Source of the DNA: Prevotellaceae bacterium
GTDB lineage: Bacteria; Bacteroidota; Bacteroidia; Bacteroidales; Bacteroidaceae
Direction: 5' to 3'
Assembly (NCBI GenBank): GCA_029218445.1
Contig: JAQXRI010000010.1
Span: forward strand, 2,381 to 66,380
DNA length: 64,000 nt
The notes below the pieces were generated by a model. That model was given only the letters and a program-made list of their open reading frames with translations. It was not told where the DNA came from and ran no database searches. Below, in pieces: positions 49,080 through 57,974 of this stretch. The position numbers and the translations under genes were made by a program. The first letter of the stretch is position 1. The number at the start of each line of letters is the position of its first letter.

Positions 49080-49087
49080 CAAATATA
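49080..49087 (-). promoter_or_regulatory. Bacteroidetes -7 promoter element for the leader/surface-protein unit
   Basis: Minus strand TATATTTG followed by CACC. Confidence 0.6.
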
Positions 49088-49351
49088 CTAATTTTTTGTC
49101 AATGGAAAAAGAAAAACACAAGAATATTTTGTTTCGGACATAAAAAAATAATTATTCGACAGTACAATCCCTGTTTCTTCATCCGGTTCTCGACTGTATT
49201 GTAACGTAAGTTCGACGAATAATCTCAACCGTTAAACCGCCGACGTAGGGGCGGTTATATTGATCTCACATTAAAATATGAAGGGTGAAGGGGGTACGGC
49301 AAAATTCTTCCACGCTATCACTCTTTTGTTAATCTCTTACTGCCTCTTCTT

Positions 49352-49519
49352 CGTCAGAAGCTTTCTGACGTACATCAGAAGCCTTCGGACGTACATCAGA
49401 AGCCTTCGGACGCAAACTTCCAAGCTTGCTTGCAATAAGCTACACTGCTACAGGCGTTTTACATTTCCACTATAACGCCGAACGAAATAATACAAAAACG
49501 CCGAACGAAATATCACAAA
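49352..49519. repeat. Palindromic 21-bp tandem repeat x3 and 23-bp tandem repeat x2
   Basis: CRTCAGAAGCYTTCKGACGTA units at 49352-49414; AACGCCGAACGAAATA..ACAAA units at 49474-49519. Confidence 0.8.
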
Positions 49520-49539
49520 ATCACCTGTGCTATTGAGGT

Positions 49540-49584
49540 TGCCATTTCCGTGCAAACTCGAACGGCGTTTGCACGGAAATGGCA
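49540..49584 (-). terminator. 18-bp perfect stem-loop downstream of the porin gene
   Basis: TGCCATTTCCGTGCAAAC / GTTTGCACGGAAATGGCA; no strong U-tract. Confidence 0.6.
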
Positions 49585-49594
49585 TGTGGTTTAA

Positions 49595-51964
49595 TCAATT
49601 GAAGAAGTTCCATGAAAGGCCGAAACGAAGTATGCTGTTGTTCTGGGCATAATGAGGAGCCAAGAACTGCATGCGGTTTCCGCTTCCGGCATTTACATGA
49701 CTGTACATGATAAAGAAGCGAGTGTGCTTCAGGTGCATGTTGGCATAAACGTCAACAAAAGGATACCCGCCAAGTTCCACACGACTTGCCTCATTCTTCT
49801 GAATGGCATACTGACTCAGCTGTGGACTATAGTCAGGAGCGTAGTACTTTGTGAAGAAAGTGGCGTCGGCGCCAAGGTCAACCGAAAGTACACCTGCTAT
49901 CTTGAACTTTAGATAGAGGTTGGTGAAGAGGTTTAACGATGGCACCGGCAAAACATCCTGCTGATTGCAATTCTGATAAGTCAGGACATTTTCCCAATGC
50001 AGCGGGCCTAACTTGAAGTCCTGCATCAACTGTGCTGTAATGAGGTTGATGTTGCTGCCACACTGTTCCACCGAAGCTGTCATGCCCGTCATTCCCGTGC
50101 TCGACTTGTCGTAGTTTATTCCGAGATAAGTGTAGTTCTGAATTTCCTCAACCGCTACTCTAAGTCGTGTATTGGTTTTTCTATATGTGAACAGACCTTC
50201 TACTCTCGTGCGCGTTTCCTTACTCAGTTGGCTATTGTCCCACCAAAGATGTTTGGAATGATAGTGGCGATGGTAGAATGTTGGATGCAGATTGTAGAAA
50301 TAGGCCTTTGCCGCAAGCGTCACTGTATCGCCCAGGAGACGGAAGTTGACGTCGGTAGAGAAATCCACTTTCAGCTGTCCTGCGTCCTCTCCCACAAGCC
50401 ATGTCTCGGCAGACAGGTTATAGTGAAGAGTGCGTCCTTGCGATTTTATCAGTTGTCCGCCAATGCTCACGTTGTTCTCGTTCCAATTGCCCATTACCAC
50501 CATCTTGTCGTCTTCGGTGGTGCCGTTTACTATGTCAGGCATGCTGAACTTACGCAATTCGTGTGTGGCAAACACTTTCAATCCTGCCTTTACCCATTTG
50601 TTGAACCCTTCGAGCATGGCGATGGCAAAGGTGTTCTTCATCTGGGTCAGCTTAGTTTGGTCGTAGATGGAGTCGCCAGCGTAGGCATTGTCGGCATTGA
50701 GGTCGTAGTAAGTATCGGCATAATAACCCGTTGGCGACTGATATGCCTGATAAATATGGTCGTAATTGTTCAAGTCGAAAGTATGAATGAAGCTGGTTAC
50801 GGGCACGTATTCCTTTTTCATGGTTGCGGCAATGGAGTCTTCAACAGCCTTGGCGGCAAGCAGACTGTCCATGGCGGCCTGGTCGTTCACTTTAATGCGT
50901 GTCGTGTCGGTCGCAGCCTCGACGTTGGCCGGCTCGTCGCCAGCTATTTTTGCCCCTTCCGGACGCCCTTTAGGAGCATTGTCAGCTTCATTTTTCTTAC
51001 GTTGATTCTTTGTATTGTCATTCTTTTCGCCACTTGCCTCAGCCTGTTTGCGTGCGTCATTCTCTTTCTTCGACTGTTCGGCAAATTTTCGTGCCTTTAT
51101 TTCTTCTTCCGTCATTTTCACATCACGATAGAAACCTACGCTGTACCGATGTGTGAGAAAGAAGTGTATGCTGTTGTTTCTGTTCCAGTTTTGGCTCAAT
51201 ACTGTTGGCATCTCATCGGTAGCAAACTGGTCTTCAAATATTTCCGGCTTGGTGACGTATTCGTCGCTCGTCAATCCGCCGTTTTCGGCCGCCTTGCGGT
51301 GATAAGTCGAAAACATGGTGTGCATCTTGTATCGGTCGCCATCGTATGAGCCATAAAGCAAGGCTCCAAAGTGCGACGTACTCTGATTGGCATAAAAGCC
51401 ACGTGCATAAGAGTAGTTAAGGTCGAAGCCTACACCAAGTCTTTTGTTGGCATTGACTGAGAATTTTGCGTCAATGTGGTCTTCACCGTTAGTCTTATTG
51501 CCACAGTTGTCGTATTTGATGTTAGTCAATGGCGACAAGGTGTTGGTGAAATGGTAGGTGTCGGGCTGAAATGTCACATAGTCGTATGGCTGAACGAAGG
51601 CGAACTGGTCGGTCAGCGGACGGTCGATGACAATACGGTTGATGCGTGGTGAATAATTGTTGCCAATGGTATTGTATTCACCATATTTTCCGGTATTGAA
51701 TATCGAGTTCATAAAAAGATGCTGAAGGGTGTCGGGAGTGGCTGCAAAGACATCTCCAAAGCGGCGGTCGATGGTCCACACTCTCAATCCCTTGGGCACT
51801 TCCTTGTTTTTCGTGGTGTCGTTGTTGTGCTTGTTGAAGTTGCGGTTAGTGGTTCCATTGCCATTCATCATTCCATTTCCATTAGGGTCAATCTGCTGGA
51901 AATTCTGTGCATTGGCCATGAACACAGCAACGAGAGCCGCAACTATAGTCAAAAACCTTCTCAT
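49595..51964 (-). CDS. Putative porin (Bacteroidetes Porin_10-like beta-barrel)
   Basis: Signal peptide; ARGFYANQ and AAENGG motifs; amphipathic strands; C-terminus LRFGLSWNFFN. Confidence 0.82.
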   Translation of the reverse strand: MRRFLTIVAALVAVFMANAQNFQQIDPNGNGMMNGNGTTNRNFNKHNNDTTKNKEVPKGLRVWTIDRRFGDVFAATPDTLQHLFMNSIFNTGKYGEYNTIGNNYSPRINRIVIDRPLTDQFAFVQPYDYVTFQPDTYHFTNTLSPLTNIKYDNCGNKTNGEDHIDAKFSVNANKRLGVGFDLNYSYARGFYANQSTSHFGALLYGSYDGDRYKMHTMFSTYHRKAAENGGLTSDEYVTKPEIFEDQFATDEMPTVLSQNWNRNNSIHFFLTHRYSVGFYRDVKMTEEEIKARKFAEQSKKENDARKQAEASGEKNDNTKNQRKKNEADNAPKGRPEGAKIAGDEPANVEAATDTTRIKVNDQAAMDSLLAAKAVEDSIAATMKKEYVPVTSFIHTFDLNNYDHIYQAYQSPTGYYADTYYDLNADNAYAGDSIYDQTKLTQMKNTFAIAMLEGFNKWVKAGLKVFATHELRKFSMPDIVNGTTEDDKMVVMGNWNENNVSIGGQLIKSQGRTLHYNLSAETWLVGEDAGQLKVDFSTDVNFRLLGDTVTLAAKAYFYNLHPTFYHRHYHSKHLWWDNSQLSKETRTRVEGLFTYRKTNTRLRVAVEEIQNYTYLGINYDKSSTGMTGMTASVEQCGSNINLITAQLMQDFKLGPLHWENVLTYQNCNQQDVLPVPSLNLFTNLYLKFKIAGVLSVDLGADATFFTKYYAPDYSPQLSQYAIQKNEASRVELGGYPFVDVYANMHLKHTRFFIMYSHVNAGSGNRMQFLAPHYAQNNSILRFGLSWNFFN

Positions 51965-52221
51965 CTAACTTTAAATAATCTTATTGCCACCTCAAAAGTC
52001 TTGACAACTACGGCAGCTCCTATTAACCAACCACCCACAACGATGTCAAACTTTACATACACTATGGCGCCAACCACAGCCAAAATCATGAACACGATGT
52101 TTAGGATGTTGCGAATCTGGAGCATCATCCTTTCACGCGAGTCGTCATCGTCAGGCCTACGGTGATGACGCATTTGGTTGTTCACCAATTCGTCTATTTG
52201 CTGTTCTTTGTCCGTTGTCAT
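51961..52221 (-). CDS. Small membrane protein with two TM helices
   Basis: IRNILNIVFMILAVVG...VVKTFE; 4-nt overlaps with both neighbours. Confidence 0.75.
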   Translation of the reverse strand: MTTDKEQQIDELVNNQMRHHRRPDDDDSRERMMLQIRNILNIVFMILAVVGAIVYVKFDIVVGGWLIGAAVVVKTFEVAIRLFKVR

Positions 52222-52841
52222 TTTTTGTCGTTAAGCAATGTTTTAAACTTGTTGAAAATAAAGTCCTTGCGGTCGATGGTCTTTCTGCGGAACTTTCCGC
52301 TTATTCTGGCAAGGCGCTGTTTGTCTTTCCTCAAGGCGTATCGGTCGGTAATCCATTCTTCAGCCTTGTAGCTCTGCGGGTCGCGCTCCTCTTCATACAG
52401 ATAGTGAATGCGAATCATCTTTACCTTTGCCTTTCCGTCTTCGCAATTGGCTATGAGGTTGTAGAAGAAGCGTGTTCTGTCAAGTGCCAAAGACGTACTC
52501 TTAAACACAAGCCACTCCTGGAAAGTGGCACACACTTCACCCTGTTCAGGATTGTCTATCACGACACGGCTGAACTCAGTCTGGTTAGCCTCAGTGGTCA
52601 TCTTGGTGATGTATTTCAGCACGATTTGATATACCTCAGCCTTTGACTTTCCCGGAGCCAGAATTTCTTCGGCAAACACTACCCTACCGTCAACAACCGG
52701 CACTGCTCCAGCGAGATATTTCAAGTCGGGATTAACTTTTTCGGCTTCAGTCTCCTCCTGTTCTACACGTTCCCACGTATTGTCTTGTGCGACAATCGTC
52801 ATTGGAAACAAGCACATTATTGCAATGATCAACTTTTTCAT
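52218..52841 (-). CDS. Exported protein, DUF4468-like
   Basis: Signal peptide; KYLAGAVPVVDGRVVF, WLVFKSTSLALDRT, AEEWITD and KFRRKTID motifs. Confidence 0.78.
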   Translation of the reverse strand: MKKLIIAIMCLFPMTIVAQDNTWERVEQEETEAEKVNPDLKYLAGAVPVVDGRVVFAEEILAPGKSKAEVYQIVLKYITKMTTEANQTEFSRVVIDNPEQGEVCATFQEWLVFKSTSLALDRTRFFYNLIANCEDGKAKVKMIRIHYLYEEERDPQSYKAEEWITDRYALRKDKQRLARISGKFRRKTIDRKDFIFNKFKTLLNDKK

Positions 52842-52940
52842 TTTTTCTGTTTTTACTGTTTTATCGGGCAAAGATACAAATATTATTTCTAATATGTGTC
52901 CAAAAGCCTTAGATTAACACTTTTTTTTATTATTCAATAA

Positions 52941-54989
52941 TCAATCGTCATCTCCGAGCAACGTCTTCAGCCTTACAATTTCATCACGATATTGGGCCGC
53001 CTGTATGAAGTCAAGGTTCTTTGCGGCCTCCTTCATGAGTTTTGTAGTATTGGCAATGCTCTTTTTGAGTTGTTCAGGCGACATGCGGCGAATAATCGGG
53101 TCGGCTGCAAAGGCGCCTTCCTGTGGGCCGACGTAAGCCGTTTGTGCATATCCTGCCACATTTTTCTTCTCCACCTCATCCACTACGCCGGCCTCATTCC
53201 TCAAGCTGCTCTTTGAATTTTTCTTAATCTGTTGCGGCACGATTCCGTTCATTTCATTATAGTGAAGCTGCTTCATACGCCTGCGGTTGGTCTCGTCAAT
53301 GGTTTCCTGCATACTTCTCGTTATCGTGTCGGCATACATTATCACCTTGCCGTTTACATTGCGTGCCGCACGTCCGGCCGTCTGCGTCAAGCTGCGCTTG
53401 CTTCTCAGGAATCCCTCCTTGTCGGCATCGAGGATAGCCACGAGCGACACTTCGGGCAAGTCGAGTCCCTCACGCAGAAGATTCACACCCACCAGTACAT
53501 CATACACGCCGGCCCTCAAGTCTTCAAGAATCTTTACTCTGTCGAGAGTAGCCACATCGCTGTGGATATAGGCCGTCTGAATGTTATGCTGAAGCAAATA
53601 CTCGGTCAATTCTTCAGCCATTCGCTTTGTCAGTGTAGTAACCAGCACCCGTTCGTTGCGATGGCTGCGTGTGAGTATCTCGTCGGTCAGGTCGTCTATT
53701 TGGTTTTCGCTCTTCCTCACATCTATCTCCGGGTCAAGCAGTCCTGTAGGGCGAATTATCTGCTCAACCACAACACCTTCTGACTCAGCCAATTCAAAGT
53801 CGGCTGGAGTAGCTGAGACATATATGGTTTGATTAGACATCTGCTGAAATTCGTCAAACGTCAAAGGCCTATTGTCAAATGCTGCCGGAAGCCTAAAACC
53901 ATATTCCACCAGATTACGCTTACGCGCCCTGTCGCCACCATACATGGCATTGATTTGCGGCACGCTGACATGGCTTTCGTCAATCACGAGCAAATAGTCG
54001 TCGGGAAAGAAATCCAGCAGGCAATAAGGACGTTCGCCTGCTTTTCTGCCATCGAAATATCTTGAATAGTTTTCAATGCCCGAACAATGTCCCAGTTCCT
54101 TTATCATCTCCATGTCATACTCTACGCGCTCCTTTATTCTTTCGGCCTTTATCATATCTCCCAAGTCCTGAAAGTAGGCAATCTGCTGAACGAGGTCGTC
54201 TTGAATCTGGCGAATGGCCAAGTTGGTTTGCTCCTGCGTAGTCATGAACAAGTTGGCGGGATAGAGCTTGTATTCGTCAAATTGCGACATTCTGTCCATT
54301 GTTACGGCATCGAGTTCCTCTATTGCGTCAATTTCGTCATCCCAGAAAGAAATTCTTACAATCGACTCACTGTAAGCAAGCGCCACATCCACCACGTCGC
54401 CTTTCACCCTGAAGTTGCCCCTTGCCAAGTCAACGTCATTGCGCGTGTAAAGGGCCTGCACGAGTTTCCTCAGCAACACGTTGCGGTCTATGGTTTGTCC
54501 GCGCCGCAGCTCAATCACATTTTCATGCAGTGCTATCGGGCTTCCCATACCGTAAATGCAGCTTACCGACGACACTACCACCACATCCCTTCGCCCTGAA
54601 AGCAACGACGAGACGGCCCTTAGCCTCAAGCGGTCGATTTCCTCGTTTATGGCCAAGTCCTTGTCTATATACGTGTCGCTTGCCGGAAGATATGCCTCTG
54701 GCTGATAATAGTCGTAGTAGCTGACGTAATATTCAACTGCATTATCTGGGAAAAAACCGCGCATTTCCTCGTAAAGCTGTGCGGCAAGCGTCTTGTTGTG
54801 GCTAATGACAAGCGTCGGCCTGTTCACCTCGGCAATGACGTTTGCCACGGTGAAAGTCTTGCCCGAACCGGTCACTCCGAGCAGCACTTGGGCCTTGTCG
54901 CCACGCCTCAGTCCGTCGCTGAGTTGCCTTATCGCCTCGGGCTGATCGCCTGTAGGACGGTATCTTGAAGTCAATTTAAATTTGCTCAT
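52941..54989 (-). CDS. uvrB: Excinuclease ABC subunit B
   Basis: PTGDQPEAI, GVTGSGKT, HNKTLAAQ, DESH and QTAGRAARN motifs. Confidence 0.98.
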   Translation of the reverse strand: MSKFKLTSRYRPTGDQPEAIRQLSDGLRRGDKAQVLLGVTGSGKTFTVANVIAEVNRPTLVISHNKTLAAQLYEEMRGFFPDNAVEYYVSYYDYYQPEAYLPASDTYIDKDLAINEEIDRLRLRAVSSLLSGRRDVVVVSSVSCIYGMGSPIALHENVIELRRGQTIDRNVLLRKLVQALYTRNDVDLARGNFRVKGDVVDVALAYSESIVRISFWDDEIDAIEELDAVTMDRMSQFDEYKLYPANLFMTTQEQTNLAIRQIQDDLVQQIAYFQDLGDMIKAERIKERVEYDMEMIKELGHCSGIENYSRYFDGRKAGERPYCLLDFFPDDYLLVIDESHVSVPQINAMYGGDRARKRNLVEYGFRLPAAFDNRPLTFDEFQQMSNQTIYVSATPADFELAESEGVVVEQIIRPTGLLDPEIDVRKSENQIDDLTDEILTRSHRNERVLVTTLTKRMAEELTEYLLQHNIQTAYIHSDVATLDRVKILEDLRAGVYDVLVGVNLLREGLDLPEVSLVAILDADKEGFLRSKRSLTQTAGRAARNVNGKVIMYADTITRSMQETIDETNRRRMKQLHYNEMNGIVPQQIKKNSKSSLRNEAGVVDEVEKKNVAGYAQTAYVGPQEGAFAADPIIRRMSPEQLKKSIANTTKLMKEAAKNLDFIQAAQYRDEIVRLKTLLGDDD

Positions 54990-55116
54990 AGAATGCAAAA
55001 TTACATAATTTCGCCGTAATAAACGTTATAAATGCAGACTTTTTAATAAAAAAGATGTGTTTTGCTTTGAAATATGCAGGAAAATGACTAATTTTGCACT
55101 CTCAAAAAGACAGAAG

Positions 55117-55944
55117 ATGAAAAAGTATGCTTATATTATAGCACTTGCGTGTGGACTTTTGCTCACCAGCTGCGCTGCTGAGTTCAACCGTGTTTACAAG
55201 TCAAGCGACATTGATTACAAGTACGAATTTGCCAAGGAATGCTTTGCCAAAGGCAAGTTCAACCAAGCCGTCGTATTGCTGCAAGAACTCGTAACCATAC
55301 AGAAGGGAACCGACAAGGCGCAAGAATGTCTGTACATGCTGGGCATGGCCCAATTTTGCGACCGTGACTTCGAGAGCGCCTCGGCCACATTCAAGAAATA
55401 TTTCACCACTTATCCCAAGGGCATCTTTGCCGAGCAGGCCTGCTACTACATAGGCCAGTCGCTTTATCAGTCAACCCCCGAGCCGCGCCTTGACCAGTCG
55501 GCCACAGTAAGCGCCATCAATGCCTATCAGGAGTTTATGGACTTCTTCCCCGAATCGACCTACAAGGAGCGCGCCCAACAAAGGATGTATGAACTTCAGG
55601 ACAAGCTGATACTGAAAGAATATCTTTCGGCCAAGCTGTACTACAACCTCGGCGAGTATTTCGGCAACTGCCTCAACGGCGGCTCAAACTACGAGGCTTG
55701 CATAGTGACGGCCGAGAATACGCTGAAGACATATCCCTTCACCAGCATGCGCGAAGACTTCTACATATTGATTATGAAAAGCAAGTATGAGCTGGCCCAA
55801 CAAAGTGTTGAGGAAAAGCGCATCGACCGCTACCGCGAAGCAGAGGACGAATGCTATGGATTCATTAATGAATTTCCCGAAAGCAAGGAGCGTGCCACTG
55901 CCGAGAAGTACATTGAAAAGTGCCGAAAGATAACGGGCGACTAA
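55117..55944 (+). CDS. bamD: Outer membrane protein assembly factor BamD
   Basis: Lipobox LLTSC; TPR-like helices; PEPRLDQS; upstream of rpoZ. Confidence 0.9.
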   Translation: MKKYAYIIALACGLLLTSCAAEFNRVYKSSDIDYKYEFAKECFAKGKFNQAVVLLQELVTIQKGTDKAQECLYMLGMAQFCDRDFESASATFKKYFTTYPKGIFAEQACYYIGQSLYQSTPEPRLDQSATVSAINAYQEFMDFFPESTYKERAQQRMYELQDKLILKEYLSAKLYYNLGEYFGNCLNGGSNYEACIVTAENTLKTYPFTSMREDFYILIMKSKYELAQQSVEEKRIDRYREAEDECYGFINEFPESKERATAEKYIEKCRKITGD

Positions 55945-56001
55945 ACCATCGAGACAATATTTATTTTGGAAATATACACATTATAATATAATATAAGGAC
56001 A

Positions 56002-56334
56002 ATGGATTACAAGAAATCAAAGGCTCCGGTAAACACCGTGACCCGTAACATCATGGATTTGTGCAAGGATACAGGCAACATTTACGAAAGCGTAGCCATA
56101 ATGTCTAAGCGCGCCAACCAAATTTCCATGCAGATCAAGGAAGACCTCAGCAAGAAGCTTGCCGAGTTTGCCTCTTACAACGACAGCCTCGAAGAGGTGT
56201 TCGAAAACCGTGAACAAATAGAGATTTCACGTTACTACGAAAAACTTCCTAAGCCATCACTCCTTGCCACACAAGAGTTTGTCGAGAACAAGGTCTATTG
56301 GCGTGACCAGCAAAAGGATTCACAGAACCTCTAA
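56002..56334 (+). CDS. rpoZ: RNA polymerase omega subunit (Bacteroidetes type)
   Basis: TGNIYESVAIMSKRANQI and ENREQIEISRYYEKLPKP motifs. Confidence 0.88.
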   Translation: MDYKKSKAPVNTVTRNIMDLCKDTGNIYESVAIMSKRANQISMQIKEDLSKKLAEFASYNDSLEEVFENREQIEISRYYEKLPKPSLLATQEFVENKVYWRDQQKDSQNL

Positions 56335-56347
56335 CTCTTGGCTATAG

Positions 56348-56800
56348 ATGATACAGCGTAAACAAACTCTGTTTATGTTGGTGGCAGTGGTATTGAGCAT
56401 CTTGTGCCTCTGCCTGCCAATAGGTACTTTCGACGCCGAGGGAATGAGAATGGCAACAGAGTACAACCTGTGGCTCGACACCATGAGGGGCGCAAAGGAC
56501 TTCACGGTCTGCCCCCTGTTTGTCATACTTCTGCTTTCGTCCGTTCTCGGCATCTACACCATCTTTGCCTATCACAACCGCGTGGTTCAAGCGCGCTTGT
56601 GCACCTTCAACATGCTCCTGATTATTGGCTGGTACATCGTATTTGCCGTTTTCAGTAAAGTGATGGGAGGAGGCAACATAGAGTTTCAGGCTGAGATAGG
56701 TTCGGTGGCACCAATGTTTGCCTTGGCCATGTACTTCCTTTCATACAAGGCCATTTGGGCTGACGAGAAACTGGTAAGGGCCGCTGACAGAATAAGATAA
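56348..56800 (+). CDS. Membrane protein, DUF4293-like
   Basis: MIQRKQTLF start, DEKLVRAADRIR end, four TM helices. Confidence 0.82.
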   Translation: MIQRKQTLFMLVAVVLSILCLCLPIGTFDAEGMRMATEYNLWLDTMRGAKDFTVCPLFVILLLSSVLGIYTIFAYHNRVVQARLCTFNMLLIIGWYIVFAVFSKVMGGGNIEFQAEIGSVAPMFALAMYFLSYKAIWADEKLVRAADRIR

Positions 56801-56846
56801 GTGAATGGCAACAATAAACGTTGACGACATGAAAAAAGAATAGCAA

Positions 56847-56889
56847 GAAGCCGCAGCCGACAATGAACACCATTGTCGTCTGCGGCTTC
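56847..56889 (+). terminator. Stem-loop after the bamD-rpoZ operon
   Basis: GAAGCCGCAGCCGACAATG-aacac-CATTGTCGTCTGCGGCTTC. Confidence 0.55.
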
Positions 56890-56912
56890 CTCTATATAAC
56901 AACACAGATGGC

Positions 56913-57869
56913 ATGAATGCACTTATGTTGATGATTTCAGTGTTCACCATCGTCGAACTCAACTGCGAGAACCTGTTTGACTGCCAACACGACTCGCTGA
57001 AAAACGATGTGGAATACACCCCCGACGGCAACAGGAGATGGACCAAGGCACGATATTGGAACAAGGTCAACACCATTGCCAAGACACTTGTAAGCTGTGG
57101 CGACGACGGGCGACTGCCTGACCTGATGGCACTGTGTGAAGTGGAAAACGACAGCGTCATGCGCGACCTTACCAAGCGCTCGCCACTAAAAGGCGGTTGT
57201 TACGATTATTTCATGACAAACTCCAACGACCCGCGAGGCATCGACGTGGCGCTGGTCTATTGCCGACTGACTTTCAAGCCGTTGGAAACAAAGAGTCTTC
57301 GGCCTCAAGGCGACTTCAACGACCATCAGCCGCGTGATGTGCTTTACGTAAAAGGCATAAAACAAGGTGGCGACACCCTGCACGTGATGGTAGTTCATGC
57401 GCCAAGCCGCATAGGAGGCAAGGAGGCTTCAACCCCAAGACGCATGGCAGTGGCAAAGACAATAACAAGCACGATAGACTCCATCAGCAGATACGACGCC
57501 AAAGCCAAGATTATAGTAACAGGCGACTTCAACGCCAACGCCGACGAAATGCCGCTAAAGGAACTGGAAAAGCACGGAATGACAAACATCAGCAGTGGAC
57601 ACAAAGGGGAAAACGGAGCCGAAGGCAGCTACAAATATCAAGGTTCGTGGGAATACATCGACCATGTACTGGTGAGCCAAAGCCTTTACGACCGGCGGCC
57701 CGCCTGCCGCCTGCACGACCGCAAGTGGCTGTTGGAAGAAGACAAACGCTATGGCGGCATAAAGCCACGCCGTACTTTTTACGGCTGGCGTTACGACAAG
57801 CACGGATGCAGCGACCATCTTCCGCTTGTAGTTACGCTGAGGGGAAAGACAGACAAGGGCATAAAATAG
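56913..57869 (+). CDS. Endonuclease/exonuclease/phosphatase family protein
   Basis: NCENLFD, LCEVEN, DPRGIDVAL, GDFN, IDH and SDHLP motifs. Confidence 0.9.
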   Translation: MNALMLMISVFTIVELNCENLFDCQHDSLKNDVEYTPDGNRRWTKARYWNKVNTIAKTLVSCGDDGRLPDLMALCEVENDSVMRDLTKRSPLKGGCYDYFMTNSNDPRGIDVALVYCRLTFKPLETKSLRPQGDFNDHQPRDVLYVKGIKQGGDTLHVMVVHAPSRIGGKEASTPRRMAVAKTITSTIDSISRYDAKAKIIVTGDFNANADEMPLKELEKHGMTNISSGHKGENGAEGSYKYQGSWEYIDHVLVSQSLYDRRPACRLHDRKWLLEEDKRYGGIKPRRTFYGWRYDKHGCSDHLPLVVTLRGKTDKGIK

Positions 57870-57974
57870 GAGCAGGACAATTTTTCATTATATAGAATAA
57901 AATAATGAATTGATTTCTTGCGAGAATAAAAAAATAGATGTAAATTTGCAAACAATTTTATAATATATAATATT

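Noticed and set aside
49352-49414. Mini-CRISPR
   Set aside because: Palindromic units are directly adjacent, with no spacers.
57870-57974. glmS ribozyme upstream of glmS
   Set aside because: Region is short and AT-rich with a TAAATTTG promoter element about 25 nt before the ATG; no ribozyme core visible.
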